A stretch of 64,000 nt of DNA from Candidatus Brocadiia bacterium (GTDB lineage: Bacteria; Planctomycetota; Brocadiia; SM23-32), in assembly GCA_046538485.1 (NCBI GenBank), contig JBKHIT010000004.1, forward strand, positions 32,001 through 96,000, written 5' to 3'. This document shows, one piece after another, positions 9,645-19,146 of this stretch. The stretch's first letter is position 1. Each line of letters begins with the position of its first letter. The position numbers and the translations under genes are program-made. The notes beneath the pieces are model-generated. The model was given only the letters and a program-made list of their open reading frames with translations. It did not search any database and was not told where the DNA came from.

Positions 9645-10967
9645 TTAATCGGGATACGTACCGCTTTTTCGGTCTGGACGGAACAGGGGCATTTCTTTCG
9701 GGACCACAACGATTCCGCCGTCACTCACGCTAAAATGCCTGTGGTCTTGTTCCGGATCTATTCCGACCTTATACCCGGCAGGTATTTCATTGTGTTTGTC
9801 AATCACAGCCTGGCGAATCCTAGCATTCTCCCCGATTTTAACTCCTTGCATAATGACCGATCCTTCGATTTCCACACCGGGAGCAACATGCACGCCGCGC
9901 CCGAGCACGGAATTTTTGATAGATGCACAATCGACGACACAGCCATCGCTCACTAAAACGTTGTGTAGCTGACTCTGACACGAACTTTCGATTTGTTCAA
10001 AACGGTTGCGTGCCGTGCACATGCTTTTCACAGGTGGCATTCCATGGGCGTAAGTTCTGAGAGGCCATCCCTCGTCATGCAAATCAATAGGAGGTGCTCC
10101 ACCCACAAGTTCCATATGTGTTTGCCAGTAGATGTCCAGTGTTCCCACATCCCTCCAGAATCCACTGCCTCCCGATTCAACACCTTTGAAACGGTAACCG
10201 AAGACTCTATCATCTTTTTCAATCATAGCGGGTATAACATCTTTGGCAAAATCGTGGGACGTCGATCGTTTCGAGTCTTCAACAACTCGCCGAACGAGGG
10301 TTTTGGTATTGAAAATATAGACGCCCATAGAGCACAGAGCCATTGGTTTTCCCCGATTTTCCGTGCCGGGAATTGGTGTCGGCCTTTGGGGTTTCTCTGC
10401 CAGCTCCAAAGCGCGCATATCCTCGTCTGTCGTCAAAACCCCCAGCCGTGAGGCTTCGCCACATGGGATGGCGAGACACGCAATGGTCAAATCCGCTTCT
10501 TTTTCAACGTGCTGGCGCAGCATACGGCAATAATCCATTTTGTACACGTGATCACCGCTCAAAATCAGCACATGAGTCGGTCGTTCTCTCTCCAGAGTAT
10601 AAATATTCTGGTGAATCGCATCGGCCGTGCCCAGGTACCAGTGTGAGGTCAAACGCATCTGTGGCGGATTGACCTCTATATATTCGCCAATCTCGGGATT
10701 AAAAATATTCCACCCGAGCCTGACATGCCGATTAAGAGAGTCGCTTTTATATTGCGTGAGCACATGTATCCGGCGAATCCCGCTGTTCAGGCAATTGCTG
10801 AGCGTAAAATCTATGAGTCTATAGCTGCCTGCAAACGGGACGGCCGGCTTTGCTCTATCGCGTGTGAGCGGATAAAGACGTTCGCCCTGTCCGCCGGCCA
10901 GCACAATACTCAGAGTCTGCCGCAAAGCTCCCGCCGTTTTTCCCGCCAGCTCAAGGGGACGCATCAC
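9645..10967 (-). CDS. glgC: Glucose-1-phosphate adenylyltransferase (ADP-glucose pyrophosphorylase)
   Basis: Motifs LAGGQGERLYPLT..RAKPAVPF, LSGDHVYKMDY, EKP, WRDVGT; C-terminal beta-helix. Confidence 0.95.
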   Translation of the reverse strand: MMRPLELAGKTAGALRQTLSIVLAGGQGERLYPLTRDRAKPAVPFAGSYRLIDFTLSNCLNSGIRRIHVLTQYKSDSLNRHVRLGWNIFNPEIGEYIEVNPPQMRLTSHWYLGTADAIHQNIYTLERERPTHVLILSGDHVYKMDYCRMLRQHVEKEADLTIACLAIPCGEASRLGVLTTDEDMRALELAEKPQRPTPIPGTENRGKPMALCSMGVYIFNTKTLVRRVVEDSKRSTSHDFAKDVIPAMIEKDDRVFGYRFKGVESGGSGFWRDVGTLDIYWQTHMELVGGAPPIDLHDEGWPLRTYAHGMPPVKSMCTARNRFEQIESSCQSQLHNVLVSDGCVVDCASIKNSVLGRGVHVAPGVEIEGSVIMQGVKIGENARIRQAVIDKHNEIPAGYKVGIDPEQDHRHFSVSDGGIVVVPKEMPLFRPDRKSGTYPD

Positions 10968-11401
10968 CGATCCTCCATACCACCCGCGCTTTCACCATCT
11001 CCGAAGACAGGAGGCCGCCCGGCATTCTGGTCCCTCTCATCGTCTGAACCTTCCAGAACGTTTTTAATGGCCTTTTTCAGTGGATCAAGATCTCCGGATT
11101 TCACCACGTAAGCTTCAGCCGCCCATGTCATAAAATTTTCTTTGTATTGGCTGTAGCCTGTATTGATAATCACGGGAATAGATTTATCCTCGCTCAGTAT
11201 CCGGGACATTGATTCAATACCGTCCATTTTCTCCGGGAGGTTGATATCCATAATCACCAGGTCCGGTGATTCGCTCCGGGCAAGTTCGATCGCGGTTTTC
11301 CCGTCCTGTGCAACCACTACCTCGTGTCCCTCTGCTCCTAACTCGACCTGGTACAACAGACTGAGATTTTCCTCATCTTCCACAAGCAGTAGCTTAGCCA
11401 T
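10964..11401 (-). CDS. Single-domain response regulator (receiver only)
   Basis: LLLVEDEE, phospho-acceptor IMDINLP, INTGY, YVVKS. No output domain. Stop codon overlaps the glgC start. Confidence 0.9.
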   Translation of the reverse strand: MAKLLLVEDEENLSLLYQVELGAEGHEVVVAQDGKTAIELARSESPDLVIMDINLPEKMDGIESMSRILSEDKSIPVIINTGYSQYKENFMTWAAEAYVVKSGDLDPLKKAIKNVLEGSDDERDQNAGRPPVFGDGESAGGMEDR

Positions 11402-11616
11402 TGTTGCCCTCCTTTTCCAGCTTTACATCATCGCGTATCGAGCGCCTGCAATCAAGCTTAACTTTTTTATTACCGACACGTACTTTTCGTTCTGGCAGCC
11501 AAATATGCCGTGAGGCTGCAATGCATAGAATATGCAAAAATCGCTGTCATGCTATCCCGCAGATTGAAACTCCTGTCAGAACCGGAATCAAGACCATCAG
11601 AACTCGTGCTGTGTTA

Positions 11617-14600
11617 CTACGCTCCCTCCTGCCCTGCTGTATCGTCGCCAACGGCTTCGAGGAATACAGTGAACCGGCTCCCTTCTCCCAGTTCGCTCTC
11701 AACCGCGATATCGCCCGAATGTTCCGTGATGATTTTCTTGCTGATGGCCAGGCCAAGACCTGTCCCGGCCACTTTAGTCGTGAAAAAAGGTGCAAAAACG
11801 GTTTCACGTGTATCTTCGTCCATCCCCACTCCCGTATCGGAAATTCTGAGGGCTACCTTACCCTGGTAATCCGTTGGCCGGGCAACCCGGGTTTGGATTC
11901 TCAAAATTTTCCGCGATGCGTTTTCCAGGGCATCGATACTGTTTTTCAAAAGATTAATAATAACCTGCTTTATCAGGGAAGGATCCATCAAAACCATCGG
12001 AAGTTCTTCGCCGAGAGACAGCCGTACGTCAACCCCGTTATCTTCCAGTTCCGCCCGGAACTGGAGAACAGTTTCCTCTACCAAACTATTCAAATCAGCT
12101 GGTTTCCGTTCGGGACCAACGGGCCGCACGAAATCAAGCACGTCTTCAAGCGCCGCCTCCAATCGCATTACCTCATTGTAAATAACAGTGGAATTGCGGT
12201 GGGTAATGTCTCCTTTTTCAGTTGCCCGTTGTATGGCTTTGGCAAAACCACCGATGGTTGTCAAAGGGTTCCGAATTTCATGTGCCAGATGGCTGGCCAT
12301 GCGTCCAACACTCGCAAGACTTTCTGCTTCAATGAGTTTTGACTGAGTTTTTCGCAGTTCAGCCACCTGATTACGAATTTTTCTATATGCTCTGATATTG
12401 GTTATAGCCAGCGCGGCCTGCGCCGCGAACATCCTGAGCAACTCCCTGCTGTTCTCATCAATGGGAGTGCCCGAATACTTGTTGTCGGCAAGCATAACTC
12501 CAACGGATCGATCGCGTGCGATGAGCGGCACAGCCACAAATTCTTCAAGTTGTAATGTTTCCCGAAGGGCCGGATACACCCTGGACCCATTTCCCTGCTG
12601 TTCCACAATCCGAGGGGATTGATCATAGAAAACTTTGGCAAGCACACATGAAGTATTTTTCACAGGGACTTCAATCTGACGGGCTTTCTCCGAAAGAGCA
12701 ATATCGCTTTCCGACGGCTCGCTCACCGCCAAAAGCTCTTCGAGAGAGCGGCTTTCCCGGGAAACCTGTTGCCATATCCGATTGGCATCTTCGGCAGAGG
12801 TCGGCCCCACTGCGGCACGGCCTAAAAGCTTTTTGCCGCCCGAATCCGGTGTAAAAATGAACGCGCGATTGAATCCCAGAGCATGTCCTGCCGTCACGCA
12901 CGTAAGAATCAAGTGGTAGATCTGATCCAGATCCAACGACAGAGTGCCTTCTTCGGAAGCCGAAACGGCGGGCGTATGCTCAAGCGCACGTGTCAAACGA
13001 TTGATCAGCTGCACCTGCTCGGTTTGTCGACGTCGTTCGGTTACGTCAAGGGTCAGCACGAGGAACTGGCTTTGCCCGAATTCAACGGGGCGAGCCACCT
13101 GCATGTAACAGTGCCACACACCATCGGGATCCACGCGCTCAATGAGGCCGGTTTCGAGTTCCCCGGTTTCCACTGCGTCCGCAAGAGGACAACTGGAGTC
13201 GCAACCGGCCTCAGCCTCTGCGGGCGAAGATTGTGAGCAACCAAACACCTGACCACAGGGCATTCGGTTCTCTGGTTCGCCGTCCTCCCCTGCACAATTA
13301 AACCAATCCAGAAGCGTTTTGTTTGCCCAATTCAGGCGGCAATCTCGGTCAAAAAGCGCGAGGCCGGCGCCCATGGCTTCGACAACGAGATTCAAATTGT
13401 TCCTCTCCCGCCGGATAGCTTCCTCATGTTGTCTTTTTTCCGTTACGTCGAGCAAAGAAGCGGTAAAGCCAACCCGCTCCCCATTTTCGTCCACCATCGG
13501 TTCCATCATTTCTTGAACGATCAGTGGTGTCCCGTCCTTATGGAGGAGAACGACTTCTCGGCTGATATCCCCTTGTTTGGTGCAATTCTCAAGCAGTTCC
13601 TCCATATCCACAGCTTCAGCTGAAAGATCGGAAAGTTTGCGTTTCCCCACAATTTCTTCTTCCTTATATCCAAGAAGCTTTTCGCAGCTCGGGCTCCAGT
13701 GGGTAAATATGCCTTGATTGTCCAGCCCTGTGATTCCCACGGCCGTGTTACGAACGATGCTGGATAGCTGGCTATGAACCCGCTCGAGCTCTCTTCTTGT
13801 TCTGCGCTGTTGTTGCAACAGCTCCACGTTTTGCAGTCCAAGACCTATATGAGTGGACAGATTCTGTAGAGCGCTACGTTCCCCTTCCTGGAAAGCGTGC
13901 GGTTCTCGCGAGACACAATCGAATATCCCGATGACGGTATCACCTCTCTTAATGGGGACGGCGATTTCACTGAAGTTCTCCGAAGCTTCCGGAACCGCTT
14001 CAACTGATGTTCCGGGCGAAACAACACGCCGTTCATCTTTTTCTACAACAATGTCCATATCGGCATTCTTGCCCGATTTGACAATCTGCTGACCTTTTTG
14101 CGCCGCCTGGCCGACCACTCCTTCACCAAAATGGATGCGACGGTCTTCTGTCCACCGCCCTTTTCCGGGCCCTGCTTCCGACATCAGCACGCATTCCTGC
14201 CTGGGACCATCTTCTCCTTGTAACGTTTCCACACGAAAAACAGATGCGTGCCAGTAATCGCGAAATTGCTGAAGGGCCTCGACGACAGCCAGAAGCAGGA
14301 ATTCGAGCGTCGGCACTTCCAACAGCACACGTCCAATGCGTGCAATCACTTCGGCCTCAGTCATTTCTCGGCGCGACTGCTCCATGTGGGCAACTCGTGC
14401 AAACGCCGGTCCAAGAACATCTCCCAGATCTTCTAACATAGCATGGCGTTCCTCTGGGAATGCTTTTTCCTCTCCGGTAGCGATCAGCAAAACCCCAACA
14501 ACGCGGTCGATCGCCATAAGAGGTACACATGCAACGCTCTTGATGCCAACCCGCCAGAGTTCGTCTCCGTTAACCAGTTCAGCGCTCACCCGAGGTCCGA

Positions 14601-15438
14601 AGAGAGTCATCTGATCCGCTTCCAGTCCGCTGCCTGCTGTGACATCTCTAACGATTACTTCCCCGCGTCGGCGGGACAATTCGAGCAAATCGATCGCACC
14701 CCGGGAATCCATTTCCTCTTTCGTCAGGTATTGAGGCCGCCCCACTGCCATCGGCACTGGCAACTCCTCAATCGAACAAAGTTCTATGCCCGCGCTAACT
14801 TCTGCCTTTGACTTGTTTTTGCCTTCATACAATCTCACAAGACAGCCGGAAACTGGAAAAAATTCTTCGAGTTTTTCGCAGGCAAGCCGAAACACTTCAT
14901 CGGATGTTTCGGCACGCGTTAATGTTTCCTCTACTTCCCATGCATCGGAGATCTGTTCAAAACGCGCTCGCATCACGCGCATATCTTCTCGGCGCGCCAC
15001 CTGGAAAAGTTCTCCTGCACGTAACACCATGCCGTCGACCGCTTCACCTATCTGGAGTTCCATCTGCATGGCACGGCTGAAATCATCAACTGTTTCTCGA
15101 ATTGCCTCCCTCGCGGCTTTTTTGAGGCTCTGCAGGACATGGGTAATATCGCTCAGTTCGATACCATACTGCCCGCCGTCGTAGATCCAGTGATGGAAAC
15201 TGGCATATTCCTGGGGCGATTGGTTTCCACGGAGCCTATCCAGTAGTCGCTGGAATACGGCGGCGATATCCGCGGAAATTGTTTCGGCCGGTGCCACCTC
15301 AGCTAACTGAATCCCCGTGAAGTGATCCCGTATTCGCGCTTCCCATTTCCGAAGGACATCCTCCTGGTTTTCAGCAAGCACACGGGCGGTTTCGAGATTC
15401 GCAATCCCTTCACCCGCATGCCTTTTTCCCTCAGCCAT
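11617..15438 (-). CDS. Cytoplasmic multi-sensor histidine kinase (RsbRD-N-like, GAF, GAF, PAS, PAS, GAF, HisKA, HATPase)
   Basis: H-box LAHEIRNPLT, N-box NLLKNSIDA, DTGVGM, FAPFFTTK, GTGLGL; GAF motifs CVPLMAIDRVVGVL, AVPIKRGDTVIG, AVPLIARDRSVG; no obvious TM helix. Confidence 0.9.
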   Translation of the reverse strand: MAEGKRHAGEGIANLETARVLAENQEDVLRKWEARIRDHFTGIQLAEVAPAETISADIAAVFQRLLDRLRGNQSPQEYASFHHWIYDGGQYGIELSDITHVLQSLKKAAREAIRETVDDFSRAMQMELQIGEAVDGMVLRAGELFQVARREDMRVMRARFEQISDAWEVEETLTRAETSDEVFRLACEKLEEFFPVSGCLVRLYEGKNKSKAEVSAGIELCSIEELPVPMAVGRPQYLTKEEMDSRGAIDLLELSRRRGEVIVRDVTAGSGLEADQMTLFGPRVSAELVNGDELWRVGIKSVACVPLMAIDRVVGVLLIATGEEKAFPEERHAMLEDLGDVLGPAFARVAHMEQSRREMTEAEVIARIGRVLLEVPTLEFLLLAVVEALQQFRDYWHASVFRVETLQGEDGPRQECVLMSEAGPGKGRWTEDRRIHFGEGVVGQAAQKGQQIVKSGKNADMDIVVEKDERRVVSPGTSVEAVPEASENFSEIAVPIKRGDTVIGIFDCVSREPHAFQEGERSALQNLSTHIGLGLQNVELLQQQRRTRRELERVHSQLSSIVRNTAVGITGLDNQGIFTHWSPSCEKLLGYKEEEIVGKRKLSDLSAEAVDMEELLENCTKQGDISREVVLLHKDGTPLIVQEMMEPMVDENGERVGFTASLLDVTEKRQHEEAIRRERNNLNLVVEAMGAGLALFDRDCRLNWANKTLLDWFNCAGEDGEPENRMPCGQVFGCSQSSPAEAEAGCDSSCPLADAVETGELETGLIERVDPDGVWHCYMQVARPVEFGQSQFLVLTLDVTERRRQTEQVQLINRLTRALEHTPAVSASEEGTLSLDLDQIYHLILTCVTAGHALGFNRAFIFTPDSGGKKLLGRAAVGPTSAEDANRIWQQVSRESRSLEELLAVSEPSESDIALSEKARQIEVPVKNTSCVLAKVFYDQSPRIVEQQGNGSRVYPALRETLQLEEFVAVPLIARDRSVGVMLADNKYSGTPIDENSRELLRMFAAQAALAITNIRAYRKIRNQVAELRKTQSKLIEAESLASVGRMASHLAHEIRNPLTTIGGFAKAIQRATEKGDITHRNSTVIYNEVMRLEAALEDVLDFVRPVGPERKPADLNSLVEETVLQFRAELEDNGVDVRLSLGEELPMVLMDPSLIKQVIINLLKNSIDALENASRKILRIQTRVARPTDYQGKVALRISDTGVGMDEDTRETVFAPFFTTKVAGTGLGLAISKKIITEHSGDIAVESELGEGSRFTVFLEAVGDDTAGQEGA

Positions 15439-15524
15439 TGGATTATACTGTCCCCTTTCCGATAACCACCGCGGACAAATCAGCTTAGCAGTTTTTTCAA
15501 GTAAGAGGTGGTATCATTTCCCGG

Positions 15525-17012
15525 TCAATCCTGATTGCAACCGAGTGCTTTCTTGTAAACATCAACATACTCGCGCGCACTCCGTTCCCACGACCAATCC
15601 TGAGCCATGCATCGCTCCATCAGGTTCTGCCAACTCTCCGGTTTATTCTTGTAAACATCGCAGGCCCGCGAGACAGCTGATACCATACTTTGTGAATCCT
15701 TCGGCTTGAACATAAAGCCTGTTGCGCTCTCCTGACGCACCGTTTGTTCATTATAATCCGTAACCGTATCAACCAGGCCGCCTGTGGCGCTAACAATCGG
15801 GATTGTTCCGTAAATCATACTGTAAAGCTGGTTGAGGCCGCACGGTTCGAATTCGCTCGGCATCAAGAACATATCACTCCCCGCCTCGCTATGATGAGCC
15901 AGTTCTTCATCAAAATCGAGGCGAATACCAAGCTGTTGCGGATATTTTCCAACGAATTCGGTCAACTCACGGTGGTATTTCTCTTTCCCTGTTCCCAATA
16001 TCACCAGTTGCAGTTCTTGGTCCATCAGATCGGGAATGCCCTCAAGCAAAATATCGATACCTTTTTGCTCGACCAATCGTCCAATCATCCCGATCAATGG
16101 GATATCCGAATCTTGCGGCAAATCGTATTCTACCTGTAGTGTTTCTTTGCAGCGCGATTTACCCGTAAGATCATCGGCCGTGTAGTTTGCGGGTATCATA
16201 TCGTCCGTCTCTGGATCCCACACCGAGGTATTAATACCATTTACGATTCCGAACAAATTCTCCGATCGATCACGCAGGACTCCTTCCATCCCCATACCAA
16301 ATTCTTCCGTCTGAATTTCATTGGCATAATGTCGGCTGACTGTTGTAATAACATCGGCTCCGACAAGCCCGGCTTTCAGAAACGAAAGATTCCCGTAATA
16401 TTCCAGCATCTGCCAGTTGAATAATTCCCATGGTAGGCCCGTTAATTTCATATCCCAGTGCCAAAAAAGGCCCTGGTATGCCAGGTTATGAATCGTAAAT
16501 ACCGTTGCAGTATTCGGCACAAGATTCTGATAAAGGTGTTCCACGTAAATCGGTAATAGCCCGGTCTGCCAGTCATGCGTGTGAATCACATCCGGTTCCA
16601 ATTCAAGTTCTTCGATGATCTCAAGGGCACCGCGGGAGAGAAAAACAAACCGTTCGCTGTTGTCCTGATAATCATTTCCGTCGCGCGGATTTACGTACAG
16701 CCCATCGCGATCGTAATACTGATCATTCTCGAGGAAATAAACCGTGACTCCACTATCGGGCAACCGCCCCAGGACCACACCCGCAGGCTGAGACAGATCA
16801 CCCACAGGCACCCGGGCTGTAGAGTCCGATTTCTCTTCCAGTTGAAGTCCATATTTCTCGGCGTTTTGCCGCACCTGCCGATAAAGCGGACTGATAACAG
16901 CCACATCTTCCCCCAACGCATCAAGGGCAACGGGTAGCGACCCTATTACGTCGCCAAGCCCACCTGTTTTTGAGTATGGGACGACCTCGGAAGCTACAAT
17001 TACAATCTTCAT
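15525..17012 (-). CDS. glgA: Glycogen synthase
   Basis: Motifs KTGGLGDV, HTHDWQ, TIHNLAYQG, PSEFEPCGLNQL, TGGLVDTV. Confidence 0.96.
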   Translation of the reverse strand: MKIVIVASEVVPYSKTGGLGDVIGSLPVALDALGEDVAVISPLYRQVRQNAEKYGLQLEEKSDSTARVPVGDLSQPAGVVLGRLPDSGVTVYFLENDQYYDRDGLYVNPRDGNDYQDNSERFVFLSRGALEIIEELELEPDVIHTHDWQTGLLPIYVEHLYQNLVPNTATVFTIHNLAYQGLFWHWDMKLTGLPWELFNWQMLEYYGNLSFLKAGLVGADVITTVSRHYANEIQTEEFGMGMEGVLRDRSENLFGIVNGINTSVWDPETDDMIPANYTADDLTGKSRCKETLQVEYDLPQDSDIPLIGMIGRLVEQKGIDILLEGIPDLMDQELQLVILGTGKEKYHRELTEFVGKYPQQLGIRLDFDEELAHHSEAGSDMFLMPSEFEPCGLNQLYSMIYGTIPIVSATGGLVDTVTDYNEQTVRQESATGFMFKPKDSQSMVSAVSRACDVYKNKPESWQNLMERCMAQDWSWERSAREYVDVYKKALGCNQD

Positions 17013-17064
17013 TCAAATTACCTCGGGTATATTCTCAAGACCTCAGATGATTTGCAACCAACCC

Positions 17065-18129
17065 TCAATTAACCACAGAGCCCGTCTTTTCTGGTTCGAC
17101 AGAGCCTTTTTCGGCTCGGGCAACCTGATCCGCGAATTCAGGTTCGCGCAGACACCCGGCGGCTTGACGTGGCATAACCGGGTTTATGTAAAAACCCGTT
17201 CCCCACTCAAAACCCGCCACGTGAGTCAACCGGGGAATCACTTCCAGATGCCAGTGGAAATGATCCAGTTCCTGTACTGTGAACGGCGCGCTGTGTAACA
17301 CATAATTATATGGTGGGTTGTCAAGAACAGCATCCAAACGCCTCACAGTCTCGTGCAAAATCCGCCCAAAATCTTCGATTGAGTCCGGGTCCTCTTTTTC
17401 GTAATGAGATTCATGATGTTTGGGAACAATCCACATTTCAAACGGGAAACGGGACGCATACGGCGTGATGGTTACAAACATCTCTCCATCAATCACAACT
17501 CTCTCTTCACCGGAGCGTTCCTGCTGGATAATCCGGCAGATCAGGCATTCGTCCTGAAACCGATAATACTCGTCGCATCGGTCCATTTCTTCCCCAACTC
17601 TTTTGGGAACCACGGGGGTGCAGATCATCTGCGAGTGCAAGTGTTCCAGCGATGCACCGGCGCTTTCGCCAACGTTTTTGAAAATCAACGCGTAAACCAT
17701 CCGGCCATCCTGTTTCATTGCTCGCATCCTCTGCTGGTAGGTGCGAACAACTTGCACGGCAATATCGGGGGTGAGTTCGCTGAAACTGGTCACATGGCCG
17801 GGACTTTCTATGAATACTTCGTGCTGTCCTATGCCCGTCATCGTGTTGTAAACACCCATCGCGCCTTCCTCCCGCACCCCATCGGACCGAAGCGCCGGAT
17901 ATTTGTTGGGCACGACCCTCACTTGCCAGCCCGGCCCGTTCGCCTTTGACACGTCATTGCGAACGGCATAAACTTCATCAGGCGTACTATCCTCATTCCC
18001 TTCACAGAAGGGACAAAATCCCCCTTTTATTTCCCGGCGTGGGGCCGGGAAATCCCGGGGACGCGCCGCGCGATCTCCCGCAACAATCACCCAGCGTCCA
18101 CCAACAGGATCTCGTCGGAGTTGCGGCAT
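17065..18129 (-). CDS. galT: GalT-family nucleotidyltransferase
   Basis: Motifs RAARP, CPFCEGNE, VVPNKYPAL, GASLEHLHSQ, HWHLEVIPRL, AGFEWGTG. Confidence 0.85.
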   Translation of the reverse strand: MPQLRRDPVGGRWVIVAGDRAARPRDFPAPRREIKGGFCPFCEGNEDSTPDEVYAVRNDVSKANGPGWQVRVVPNKYPALRSDGVREEGAMGVYNTMTGIGQHEVFIESPGHVTSFSELTPDIAVQVVRTYQQRMRAMKQDGRMVYALIFKNVGESAGASLEHLHSQMICTPVVPKRVGEEMDRCDEYYRFQDECLICRIIQQERSGEERVVIDGEMFVTITPYASRFPFEMWIVPKHHESHYEKEDPDSIEDFGRILHETVRRLDAVLDNPPYNYVLHSAPFTVQELDHFHWHLEVIPRLTHVAGFEWGTGFYINPVMPRQAAGCLREPEFADQVARAEKGSVEPEKTGSVVN

Positions 18130-18336
18130 TCGACATACTCCCAATTTAGATACACGCTAACTACAAGAATTATAACCGGTTGAAAAAGGCGAAAGAAAGT
18201 CTTCTTTCTCTGGCGGGCCATAACAGGTAAAACTGAAGAAACAACCATCTGTATGATACAATATGTGCATGGCGTCAGTTTTGCAAGCGTCCTACCGTTC
18301 TCGGGTCCGAATTTGCCCCGATAAAGGAAAACCACA

Positions 18337-19110
18337 ATGGAACTTTTCGATACCCACACCCACCTCGACCTGCCCGAATTCCAAAGCGATTTAAAAGAAG
18401 TGTTGCAGAGGGCCGGTGAAAAAGGTGTAGAAAAATTGATCTGTGTCGGGACCACCCACGATTCAACCCGGGATTGTATTCAACTCGCGCGACAGTTCCC
18501 CCAGCGAATATATGCTGCCGCGGGGCTCCACCCCAACTACTGTTGCGAATCGGCCCCCAACGATTTCGAACGAATTGCACATTTCGCCCAACACAGAGAA
18601 ATCGTTGCCATCGGTGAAACGGGCCTCGATTTCTACCGGGATTACTGCGATCCCGATTCGCAGAAAAACATGTTCCGACGCCATATTAAGCTGTCTTTGG
18701 AAATCGGGAAACCCCTGACAATTCATGCGCGAAAAGCCGATGAACAGGTGCTGCAGATTCTTGAGGAAGAAGGTAAATCCCTTCACGGAGTCAGACATTG
18801 TTTCGACGGTTCATCACAGATCGCTGCCCGTTATTTCGAACTCGGCTTCCACATAGCGCTGGGCGGAATCATTACCCGTCCCGGACATAAAAAGATCAAA
18901 GCCGCCGTTGCCCAGGCCCCCGGCGAGCGTCTGCTCCTCGAAACTGACTGCCCATATCTCTCTCCCCATCAGGTCAAAGCCGGTCGAAATGAACCCGCTT
19001 TCATCGCACACGTGCTGGACGCCCTCGCGGATATACGGCAAACCGCACCTGAAGAAATGGCTCGTCTGACAACCAGAAATGCCAATCGGCTCTTTCTCGG
19101 CGAAACCTGA
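18337..19110 (+). CDS. tatD: TatD-family hydrolase
   Basis: Motifs DTHTHLD, GLHP, IGETGLDF, IHAR, HCF, LETDCPYL. Confidence 0.92.
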   Translation: MELFDTHTHLDLPEFQSDLKEVLQRAGEKGVEKLICVGTTHDSTRDCIQLARQFPQRIYAAAGLHPNYCCESAPNDFERIAHFAQHREIVAIGETGLDFYRDYCDPDSQKNMFRRHIKLSLEIGKPLTIHARKADEQVLQILEEEGKSLHGVRHCFDGSSQIAARYFELGFHIALGGIITRPGHKKIKAAVAQAPGERLLLETDCPYLSPHQVKAGRNEPAFIAHVLDALADIRQTAPEEMARLTTRNANRLFLGET

Positions 19111-19146
19111 CGTGCGATACCGGATCCTCGGTCAAAGTCGAACCGT

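Noticed and set aside
11520..11555. Possible sigma54 promoter upstream of the receiver gene
   Set aside because: TTGCA is present on the minus strand, but the invariant GG at -24 and the correct spacing are missing.
17953..17962. GTCATTGCGA inside the galT-like gene
   Set aside because: A single half-site in coding sequence with no partner arm; likely coincidence.
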